Shown here in pieces: positions 37,976 to 45,702 of a DNA stretch of 64,000 nt (positions within the stretch are counted from its first letter, which is position 1; every line of letters starts with the position of its first letter). The notes beneath the pieces are model-generated. The model was not told the origin of the DNA. It saw nothing but the letters and a program-made list of their open reading frames with translations, and made no database searches. The translations under genes and the position numbers were made by a program. This DNA comes from a virus. Location: the IMG/VR virus record IMGVR_UViG_3300005529_000029, positions 11,240 to 75,239 of that record. One strand, given 5' to 3'.

Positions 37976-38164
37976 ATGACAAAGAAGAAAGAGCTAGACA
38001 TCAATAATCCTGACATCGCAAGCATTGGTATCGAGATTGATTGCACATCTAAAGGTGGCCGGAGGGAAGCTCAGGCTGTCTTCAACTCCATTGATGCGAG
38101 TATTAAGAAGAAATTAAAGAGCCTGAAAAGATACAAAAAGAGACACGCAAATAAGGAGCGATAA
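37976..38164 (+). CDS. 62-aa paralog / mimic of the tape measure N-terminus
   Basis: DINNPDIASIGIEIDCTS vs TMP DINNLDIASIGIEIDSTS; VFNSIDASI vs VFDSIDQSI; AAGGAG RBS. Confidence 0.85.
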   Translation: MTKKKELDINNPDIASIGIEIDCTSKGGRREAQAVFNSIDASIKKKLKSLKRYKKRHANKER

Positions 38165-38166
38165 AA

Positions 38167-39810
38167 ATGTCGGCCATAATAGAAGTGCAAAAACCACAGC
38201 ATAGGAAAGAACGAGCTAACCCGGACTGGCCGGTTAAGGTCTACTCATATTGGATTGAGCCAATAGGCGATATCCCGGAATGGTTTTGGTTATTCCATGA
38301 TCATATGCAACTACTCTGGAACGATATGGTGATTGCGCATGATGCTTTTATTGACGAACGTGAATTCTCTGAAGAATCAGATGGGAAATGGGATACAGAT
38401 CGTAAACGGCTTGAATTCTCTGGCCTACGTGAGAAGCTCAAGAATGTGGCCAAGTCTAAAAAGGGTATTCTTCCTAGCTCATGCTATTATGAGGTTAGGG
38501 ATCGATTTCTCATCACGATGGGCAGATATTGGAATCCTGACTCCACACTAAAACGCAGACGAAACGAAACAAAGAATTTCGATCTTGGGCGACCTGGAAT
38601 GAAATTTGGTCGCAATAAAGTACTCATCCCACATGATTTGAATGCTGCAAATATCTCAACGTCTATTCTCTTTTCTAATAAAAAACCTCTCACCATTTTG
38701 CAGCGCACAAAACAACAGGGGCCGACGCGAGGAATTTTTGAGACACTCGGTTATAACTTTAACTTTCGCATCAATCTTCATCGGCCGATTCCAAATGGTA
38801 ATATCAAGCGTATCGCTATTGTCGGGGAAATGGTTAAACCATTTGGATGGCAGTGGCGACTGAACCTGACCATTGAAGAGCCACCAGTAAGACCTCAAAG
38901 GAAGAATGGTAGGGTTGCAGCAATCGACCTTGGATGGCGTTTAATGGACGATTGTATTCGAATAGGCGTGTTAGTTGATAACAGTGATAATGCTATTGAA
39001 CTATCCATTCCGCTGGATTTTGCGAATAATTCGCTAAGACGTCAAAGAGAGCATTTCATGGACGTGACCGATGCATGTCTTCCTATACATTCTATTCCAG
39101 ACATCTGGAAAGCTCAACAGGAGTCAGACCTCATCTTAGAAGTCTGCAAAAATCGTCTAACCGCTCTTATTCCTGAGCTTTTACCAAATAAGGTTGCATG
39201 GGATAAGGCTCGACATAAGAGTCTTATTAAGTTACTCAATACATTGCGGGAAGATCATCCAGAGAGTTCCGCAATTGCAGTTATAGAGCAGTGGCGTACG
39301 ACAAACTGGGTTCTACATAGAAGATGGCGGGCAGCATATGAACGATTCATGAGATGGAGGCGTGAAATCTACAGAGTCCTGGCTGCGGAGATTGCTTCTA
39401 CGTATGACGAGATCGTTTTAGAGGATCGTTTGAATCTAGCAGAGATGTCGAGAGACGAACAGGCACCACCAGCTATCAAAGCAAGTCAAAAATACCGACA
39501 CTGGACATCGCTTTATCTCTTTAAAGAATGCTTAAAATATGCGATGGATAAACAGCAAAAACTCATTATCGCGGGTAAAACTGCTTACTCAACAGCAACT
39601 TGCTCAACCTGTGATGGTAAGATTAATACCGATGCTTCACTCTATCTAACCTGTGCTAATGGGCATACCTTGGATCAGGATCTTAATGCAGCGCGAAACC
39701 TATTAAAATCATATCCAGAATGCGAGAGCCTCCCAGGGTTAGAGTCGCCGATTAGGCACTCGCAACTTTCTAAGTGCGTTAGGACGCTAAGTCTTTTAAA
39801 ATCACTATAA
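38167..39810 (+). CDS. cas12: Compact type V CRISPR effector (TnpB-derived, Cas12m / V-U1-like), 547 aa
   Basis: RuvC-I AAIDLGWR (D254), RuvC-II IVLED (E419), Zn finger C479xxC482...C496xxxH500, RuvC-III DQDLNAARNL (D505); array starts 9 bp after the stop. Confidence 0.9.
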   Translation: MSAIIEVQKPQHRKERANPDWPVKVYSYWIEPIGDIPEWFWLFHDHMQLLWNDMVIAHDAFIDEREFSEESDGKWDTDRKRLEFSGLREKLKNVAKSKKGILPSSCYYEVRDRFLITMGRYWNPDSTLKRRRNETKNFDLGRPGMKFGRNKVLIPHDLNAANISTSILFSNKKPLTILQRTKQQGPTRGIFETLGYNFNFRINLHRPIPNGNIKRIAIVGEMVKPFGWQWRLNLTIEEPPVRPQRKNGRVAAIDLGWRLMDDCIRIGVLVDNSDNAIELSIPLDFANNSLRRQREHFMDVTDACLPIHSIPDIWKAQQESDLILEVCKNRLTALIPELLPNKVAWDKARHKSLIKLLNTLREDHPESSAIAVIEQWRTTNWVLHRRWRAAYERFMRWRREIYRVLAAEIASTYDEIVLEDRLNLAEMSRDEQAPPAIKASQKYRHWTSLYLFKECLKYAMDKQQKLIIAGKTAYSTATCSTCDGKINTDASLYLTCANGHTLDQDLNAARNLLKSYPECESLPGLESPIRHSQLSKCVRTLSLLKSL

Positions 39811-39819
39811 ATTGCCGCT

Positions 39820-40050
39820 GTGACAACTCTTGCTCAACCGAGTCTCGGTTGAGACACTGCGCTGCCAATTCCTTGGCGGAAAGCTCAAAAAGTGACAACT
39901 CTTGCTCAACCGAGTCTCGGTTGAGACGTCTTGCCTCTGCTTCTCTCCTCGAGCCTTTCACTGGTGACAACTCTTGCTCAACCGAGTCTCGGTTGAGACA
40001 GCGGAGGACGCGAGCGACAGCCTACCCTAATCCGCGTGACAACTCTTGCT
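39820..40050 (+). CRISPR. CRISPR array: 3 identical 36-bp repeats plus a truncated fourth, three 36-bp spacers
   Basis: Repeat GTGACAACTCTTGCTCAACCGAGTCTCGGTTGAGAC at 39820, 39892 and 39964; 15-bp partial at 40036. Spacers 39856-39891, 39928-39963, 40000-40035. Confidence 0.97.
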
Positions 40051-40074
40051 GAATTTTATTAATGAATATATAAT
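40046..40074 (+). promoter_or_regulatory. Promoter whose -35 box lies in the truncated repeat
   Basis: TTGCTG (40046-40051), 17 bp, TATAAT (40069-40074). Confidence 0.6.
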
Positions 40075-40080
40075 TCTGCT

Positions 40081-40151
40081 GGTTATCATTGGGTTATCTT
40101 TTTGAACGAGAGTTTGACGGACCTAGGGCTTCGAAAGAGGCCCTTTTCTTT
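40081..40151 (+). ncRNA. Candidate small RNA (about 70 nt) with a partial anti-repeat
   Basis: TTGAACGAGAGTT (40102-40114) pairs 12/13 (one G-U) with repeat nt 6-18; ends in a terminator. Confidence 0.4.
40125..40151 (+). terminator. Intrinsic terminator
   Basis: AGGGCTTC-GAAA-GAGGCCCT followed by TTTCTTT. Confidence 0.85.
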
Positions 40152-40231
40152 CTCCTTTTCCTGTCTACATTTACATCTCTTTGTTGACATTCACACCCAC
40201 ATTAACCTAAAAAACATTTACAGGAGTTCTT

Positions 40232-41827
40232 ATGTCTCTTCTTAGCGACGTAAAACGAGCGCGTTCTTGTTCTGTGCCAATTATCAGGATTACGACCCCT
40301 GACCCAATCAATTTGATGTTGACGTTAGCTAATGATGGGGATCCTACCCAGCAACATACTGAAGCACCAAAAGTCGGTTGGGACTGCATTCGTGGGCATT
40401 TCCACCTGAACAAAGCCGGTGAATCCTGGATTAACTCAAAGCTGAGTATTCCCGATCCGAAGGATGCGAACAAATTCAATAAGACGAACATCGTCACAGC
40501 GCCCGAAGCTGTGGGAGTCCTATTATCGCTTCCGGAAAATAGTATAGCTGTAATGCTTAATGCCCATCGGTATCTGACCAATGATGCAAATGGCGCGCGG
40601 TTTATCCAGGTCCTGATGAATATCAGGGACCGGTTTAAGAATAATGGCCGAACTCTCTTCCTTCTCACAACCGATTGTCCTTTACCAATCGAGCTACAGC
40701 ATGACGTCGTGAGTCTCTCAGAAGATTATCCAGATGACAAAGCGCTAAAAGAGATCATCGAGCCAATCTTTAACGATGCAAAGCTCTCTCCGACCAATGA
40801 CATGGTTGAGAGAATTGTCGATGGGATTCGTGGATTACCGGCTTTTCCCGCTGAACAGGTGACAGCAATGGCAACGACCATTGGCAAAGGCGTCGACGTT
40901 GATCTTCTCTGGCGACTAAAAGAACAGCAGATCAAAAACATCAAGGGTTTACGGTTCGACACGTCCAGAGAAACATTTGACGATCTCGGTGGGCTCTTAG
41001 CCTGGAAGACCTTTACTCACCGGCTTCTCTCAGGGCGACAAAGATTCAAGCTAGTCGTCCGTCTTGAAGAGATTGAGAAAGCGATGGCTGGAGTTGGCGG
41101 CGATGGAAAACACGGTGATACATCGGGTGTCTCGGCCGGGATCCTCGGTTATCTCCTTGAAGTCTTCGAAGACTATGGCTGGACGGGAGCTTTACTTTTT
41201 GGGGTTCCGGGCAGTGGGAAGAGCGCGAGCAGTAAAGCACTTGGCAATACATTCGGAATCAAAACGATGGTCATGGATATTGCCGGAGCGAAAGAAAGTT
41301 ACGTCGGTGCATCAGAACAAAATGTCAGAGAGCAGGTCAAAGCAATTAAGGCAATCGGTGGTAATGACATTTTATTTCTAGCCTCGTGCAATGGACTTGA
41401 TGCTCTTCCACCAGCTCTAAAGCGTCGGTTCAAACTCGGCGTCTGGTTCTTCAATACTCCGACAAAAGAAGAGCGAGAGAGCATCTGGACTATTAACGTC
41501 AAGAAGTTCAGCCTGAATGAGAGCCAGGAACTCCCGGATCAAGACGGTTTGACCGGTGCAGACATCAGGAATATCTGCGAGATCGCGTATCAGCTTTCGA
41601 GTCCGACAGAGGAATGCTCTTTAGCTGAGGCAGCTCAGTACATTGTTCCAGTCTGCAAATCCGATCCGACTTCAATCACTCAGATGCAGACTCTTGCTGA
41701 TGGGCGATTCTTATCAGCCAGTTTGCCTGGGATCTATCGAATGAATCCAGAAGAAGAGATCGCAATTCCTGAGTCAAAACAATCACGTAGATTCGCGCAT
41801 GAATCCGATCCAGGTTTCACTTTTTAA
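40232..41827 (+). CDS. AAA+ ATPase (Ycf46-like)
   Basis: TFDDLGGL, LEEIEKAMAG, GVPGSGKS, SYVGASEQN, LPPALKRRF, LTGADI motifs. Confidence 0.88.
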   Translation: MSLLSDVKRARSCSVPIIRITTPDPINLMLTLANDGDPTQQHTEAPKVGWDCIRGHFHLNKAGESWINSKLSIPDPKDANKFNKTNIVTAPEAVGVLLSLPENSIAVMLNAHRYLTNDANGARFIQVLMNIRDRFKNNGRTLFLLTTDCPLPIELQHDVVSLSEDYPDDKALKEIIEPIFNDAKLSPTNDMVERIVDGIRGLPAFPAEQVTAMATTIGKGVDVDLLWRLKEQQIKNIKGLRFDTSRETFDDLGGLLAWKTFTHRLLSGRQRFKLVVRLEEIEKAMAGVGGDGKHGDTSGVSAGILGYLLEVFEDYGWTGALLFGVPGSGKSASSKALGNTFGIKTMVMDIAGAKESYVGASEQNVREQVKAIKAIGGNDILFLASCNGLDALPPALKRRFKLGVWFFNTPTKEERESIWTINVKKFSLNESQELPDQDGLTGADIRNICEIAYQLSSPTEECSLAEAAQYIVPVCKSDPTSITQMQTLADGRFLSASLPGIYRMNPEEEIAIPESKQSRRFAHESDPGFTF

Positions 41828-41832
41828 CCGCT

Positions 41833-42060
41833 ATGGCCAAGAAGTCTAAGACCGTCACTTTACATACTTGCGAGCAGGCACATCTACGTTTTGATCGAAG
41901 AAAGCGTTCAGAACGTGAAGTCTGTGAGGCTTGCATGGAAGAAAACCAATCTTTCGGCGCAGTCCAACTGGAGTATTTCAAGGAAGACTTACTGAATCGG
42001 CCAGCATTTCCTCAGCGGAGAGCAAAGAATCTCTCAGAGCTAGATGGCGATCGAGATTAG
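41833..42060 (+). CDS. Hypothetical protein
   Basis: 75-aa ORF within the operon. Confidence 0.6.
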   Translation: MAKKSKTVTLHTCEQAHLRFDRRKRSEREVCEACMEENQSFGAVQLEYFKEDLLNRPAFPQRRAKNLSELDGDRD

Positions 42061-42069
42061 GAGATAAGC

Positions 42070-42828
42070 ATGTCAACTGAACAACAAAGGTTCCTACCTA
42101 ATATTCCTCCCCAAACTAACTGGCTAAAAGACCACTGCATGAAGGCATATTCTTCATATGAGAGTCTTCAAGAGCCAGTATCGTTAACGATTTTTGATCA
42201 GCAGTGGCTAGCTGTATCTAATGCTCATTATCTCATCATCGTGCGTTCAGAAGAACCTGGCACATCAAAGAATCCAATAGAGGCGCGAAGGTTAATCAGC
42301 AATGTTCTTAGTAACTATGATGAGGCCCGTGAAGTTAACATTCCATTCTCGTTATTGCAGGAGTGGATCGGCGAACCCGAAGTTAAGCCACCCTGTGAAA
42401 CCTGCGAATCAACTGGCTATGTCAAATGTGATAACTGCCACAGTTTTGGATCTATCGATTGTAAGTGCGACAATTGCAATAACAGTCATCCAAAAGAATG
42501 CAAAGAATGCTCTGGTGAAGGCAAAAAGCAATGCGCTAATTGTCGTCACGCAATCCCACCCATAACAAGATACGGATATCTTGGCCCAGCTTGGATGAAC
42601 CTGGATCAGCTATACGCAATCTTTCAGCATTTGATAAGTGACGAGGTTCTTATTAGCGTCTTACCTATTAGCCCCCAACCTAGCTCTGGATATTTAGTGT
42701 TGATGAGGGATTCTTTCGATCAATGGCGCGTAGTGATCATGTCATTGGTTCAGACTGGTGAACATAATCCAGCATATCCAACTCTCGATATTACGAAAGG
42801 AACCATCAATGCTGGAATCAATCTCTAG
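42070..42828 (+). CDS. Protein with DnaJ-type CxxCxxxG zinc-finger repeats
   Basis: CETCESTG, CDNCHSFG, CKECSGEG. Confidence 0.75.
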   Translation: MSTEQQRFLPNIPPQTNWLKDHCMKAYSSYESLQEPVSLTIFDQQWLAVSNAHYLIIVRSEEPGTSKNPIEARRLISNVLSNYDEAREVNIPFSLLQEWIGEPEVKPPCETCESTGYVKCDNCHSFGSIDCKCDNCNNSHPKECKECSGEGKKQCANCRHAIPPITRYGYLGPAWMNLDQLYAIFQHLISDEVLISVLPISPQPSSGYLVLMRDSFDQWRVVIMSLVQTGEHNPAYPTLDITKGTINAGINL

Positions 42829-43087
42829 AGAGCAACTCACTGAAAAACTCTTTCTGCATATGCTCCAGCGTGATGCCATCGCGGATTGTGGAATGCAGAC
42901 CGATGAAAGTATTGAAGGTCTAAAGCTGGACGCTAAAGACATTGCTGATCGCATCTATCCCGATCTGACTGAACAGAACCTCCAACAGCAATTAGACGAA
43001 GTTTTTGAGATGGTACGTCTCGTTGAACTCCAACATGAGGCGCGGGTTCTCAGGTATCAGGCCGCAAGTTTTGAAATAGAGGAGTAG
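42809..43087 (+). CDS. Hypothetical protein
   Basis: AAGGA RBS. Confidence 0.65.
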   Translation: MLESISREQLTEKLFLHMLQRDAIADCGMQTDESIEGLKLDAKDIADRIYPDLTEQNLQQQLDEVFEMVRLVELQHEARVLRYQAASFEIEE

Positions 43088-43091
43088 CAAC

Positions 43092-43604
43092 ATGTCCCAT
43101 ATAACGACTGTAGAAAAAGAGATCAAAAACCTGGATGGAGCCAAACGTGCAGCTCAGGCTCTTGGTCTCGGTTTTGAACTCGGACCTTCACCTGTCAAAT
43201 ATTTCTCCGGTGATGGTCCGGTCTGTGACGCGATTATCTATCTTCCAAAGGCGACCAAGGCATCGAAATATACGCTCGGTCTCAGGCTCAATCCAAAGAC
43301 TGGATGCTATGACCTGTGTGCTGATGAAGAGTTGATTGGTGGTCGTTCCGGAACCGATGATTACGGTGTCAACGATCCACTCAGGAAGATTCTTGGCGAA
43401 GACTGCCGCAACTTCATGAAGGAATATTCTTGCGAGATTATTCAGGGAACCTATGGCCCGCTTCTCGCTGGTAATCCCAATCTCAGATTGGAACGAACAA
43501 ATCACCCTGATGGCAGCATCGACTTCCGAATCTACGACGTAACCGATGTCGAGATCGCGTCCACGCAGGAAATGATTCAAGACTTATGGCAGGGGGTGGC
43601 ATAG
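43092..43604 (+). CDS. DUF1257-like protein
   Basis: MSHITTVEKEIKNL...AAQALG N-terminus typical of the family. Confidence 0.7.
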   Translation: MSHITTVEKEIKNLDGAKRAAQALGLGFELGPSPVKYFSGDGPVCDAIIYLPKATKASKYTLGLRLNPKTGCYDLCADEELIGGRSGTDDYGVNDPLRKILGEDCRNFMKEYSCEIIQGTYGPLLAGNPNLRLERTNHPDGSIDFRIYDVTDVEIASTQEMIQDLWQGVA

Positions 43605-43606
43605 CT

Positions 43607-43804
43607 ATGGCTAAAGAAATCCATATCAACATTGGCGAGGAAGGCGAGATCACAATCAAAGCTGAAGGGTACTCCGGAGACGAATGCTTAAAAGCCACTG
43701 AACCTTTCGAGCGCGCGCTTGGCCGGAAGAAATCCCAAGATCTCACACCAGAATTTTTCGAGACGCCAATTCAGCAACAAGAGGAAGATCAGGTAAAGGT
43801 TTAA
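43607..43804 (+). CDS. DUF2997-like protein
   Basis: IKAEGYSGDECLKATEPFERALG...TPEFF. Confidence 0.8.
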   Translation: MAKEIHINIGEEGEITIKAEGYSGDECLKATEPFERALGRKKSQDLTPEFFETPIQQQEEDQVKV

Positions 43805-43809
43805 GAAGT

Positions 43810-45402
43810 ATGCAAGTCAATAAACCAACGCAACCCGTTCTCACACAATTCACGATCCCTCCGGCAACTGGATCAGTAGGACAAAAAGTCTGGCAGATAA
43901 CTTCAAGCCCTCAATTTCAAAACGTTCTTTATCAGTGTGCGCCTGGAGATATCCTTGAGATACCTGCTGGTTCTCGATTGGTAGCACCGGTAGGTGGTTT
44001 TATCTTACCGGCTAAAAGTAATCCTCAAGGTCTTTGGATCACTATTCGTTCAAGCCTGGCAATAACCTTGTCCCTAGATAAAAGAGTCTCACCTGGCAAT
44101 CAACTGCAGATGGCTTCTTTAATCGGTCAAGACTCTGGACCTGTCTTATTAACGGCGCAGAGCCAGTCCAATAACGTGGCGTTTTATTACTTTGCAGGTC
44201 TGAATATCACTGTCCTGTCGACTTCGATGCCAGACGCCAAAGACCCTCATACACAGTTCAATAGTGGGTTAATTCGACTTGGCGATCTATCTGAGACAAG
44301 CCTGTCGCACATGCCACATGACTTCATCTTTGATAGATGCATCATCGCTGGCCAGCCGAATCTCAATACCATCCGGGGAATTGCTCTTAATTGCTCAAGA
44401 GTTGCAATCGTTAATTGCTATCTTCCCGATTTCCACGCGATTGGGAATGATGCCCAGGCTATATGGGGATCGAACGGACTTGGCATGTACCTTATCCAGA
44501 ATAACTATCTGGAAGGGTCAGGCGAGAATATCATGTTCGGTGGTACTGATCCGAAGATTCAGGGCCTGATTCCGAGCGACATCATCATCAGAGGTAATAC
44601 AATTGCCAAACCTCTTACCTGGAAACAGAACGATCCTTCATACCTTGGTTATCATTGGGGAATTAAGAATCTGCTCGAGCTGAAGAATGCTCAGCGCGTC
44701 CTCATCGAAAATAACGAGTTCTCAGGTTCATGGGCAGATGCTCAGACTGGAATTGGCATCAGTTTCAAATCGAACAATCAGGATGGAACCGCGCCATGGT
44801 GTCAAACCAGCGATGTGGAATTTAGGAATAACAAGATCACCGGCGTTGGTTTAGGAGTCAGTATTCTTGGCACTGACTTCAATCAGAAAACCGACAATCT
44901 GACATCGCGCATCTGGATTCACGATAACGATTTTGCCGACATCAATTCCAGATGGACTGGTAATACTCAGGCTGCAAGCGGGAACGCGATGCAGGTTCTT
45001 TCTGCAGTTGATCTCTTAGTCGAGAATAACAGTTTCGACAATAATGGTAATGCTCTAGTTCTTGATTCCGCAGACCCAAACTCTACCGTTAAGACAGAGC
45101 GATTTGCTTTCAGGAATAACGTCGTCAATTTCGGTCCTTATGGGATTAAGGGCAGTGGCGCGGCTTCTGGAAATGACAGCATTGCCAAGTTCATAGACGA
45201 TGCTGATTTCACTGGTAACAACTTTATTGGCGATGTGTCGCTGATCAAACAATATCCCGTGAATAATAGCATCCTGGCATCCAGGCCAGTGAGGAAGCCG
45301 TCTCTACCAACAGCCGATCTGACTATCAAAGGTACGGTTCAATTCGATCCGTTGACCGGAAAACTGAGTTTTACCAGTGCCCCTATCATAACTCTGGAGT
45401 AA
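43810..45402 (+). CDS. Right-handed parallel beta-helix (pectin-lyase fold) protein
   Basis: IQNNYLEGSGENIMFGG, PSDIIIRGN, KNLLELKNAQRVLIENN; Asn ladders. Confidence 0.85.
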   Translation: MQVNKPTQPVLTQFTIPPATGSVGQKVWQITSSPQFQNVLYQCAPGDILEIPAGSRLVAPVGGFILPAKSNPQGLWITIRSSLAITLSLDKRVSPGNQLQMASLIGQDSGPVLLTAQSQSNNVAFYYFAGLNITVLSTSMPDAKDPHTQFNSGLIRLGDLSETSLSHMPHDFIFDRCIIAGQPNLNTIRGIALNCSRVAIVNCYLPDFHAIGNDAQAIWGSNGLGMYLIQNNYLEGSGENIMFGGTDPKIQGLIPSDIIIRGNTIAKPLTWKQNDPSYLGYHWGIKNLLELKNAQRVLIENNEFSGSWADAQTGIGISFKSNNQDGTAPWCQTSDVEFRNNKITGVGLGVSILGTDFNQKTDNLTSRIWIHDNDFADINSRWTGNTQAASGNAMQVLSAVDLLVENNSFDNNGNALVLDSADPNSTVKTERFAFRNNVVNFGPYGIKGSGAASGNDSIAKFIDDADFTGNNFIGDVSLIKQYPVNNSILASRPVRKPSLPTADLTIKGTVQFDPLTGKLSFTSAPIITLE

Positions 45403-45405
45403 ATC

Positions 45406-45702
45406 ATGTCAGAGATAAGAATTGTCATCAGCCCTGATGGCCGCTTAGTCAGGGCAATCTATAACGACAATCTCAGAGAACTCTTTAATAAACTCGGACT
45501 GGCGCAAACCCATCGAGCAAGTCACGTTGAACCAGACGAAAACAATAACTGGATAGCTGACTGTTCACCTATTGGCGGGCCAAAACTTGGTCCATTCGAA
45601 CGGCGGGAAGACGCTCTTACCGCTGAGGTTACTTACATAAATACGAAAGGCTTGTTCCAGATGACCAGTCCAGACACAAGCCCTTCAAACGGAGATAAAT
45701 AA
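45406..45702 (+). CDS. Hypothetical protein of the AAA/DUF1257 module
   Basis: RASHVEPD...WIADCSPIGGPKLGPF...AL.AEV motif. Confidence 0.75.
   Translation: MSEIRIVISPDGRLVRAIYNDNLRELFNKLGLAQTHRASHVEPDENNNWIADCSPIGGPKLGPFERREDALTAEVTYINTKGLFQMTSPDTSPSNGDK

Noticed and set aside
38167-39810. IS200/IS605 or IS607 insertion sequence (plain TnpB)
   Set aside because: No tnpA or serine recombinase nearby and no evident IS ends. The protein is larger than typical TnpB and abuts a regular repeat-spacer array.
39779-40052. ORFs spanning the CRISPR array
   Set aside because: Artefacts of the 72-bp repeat-spacer period being a multiple of 3.
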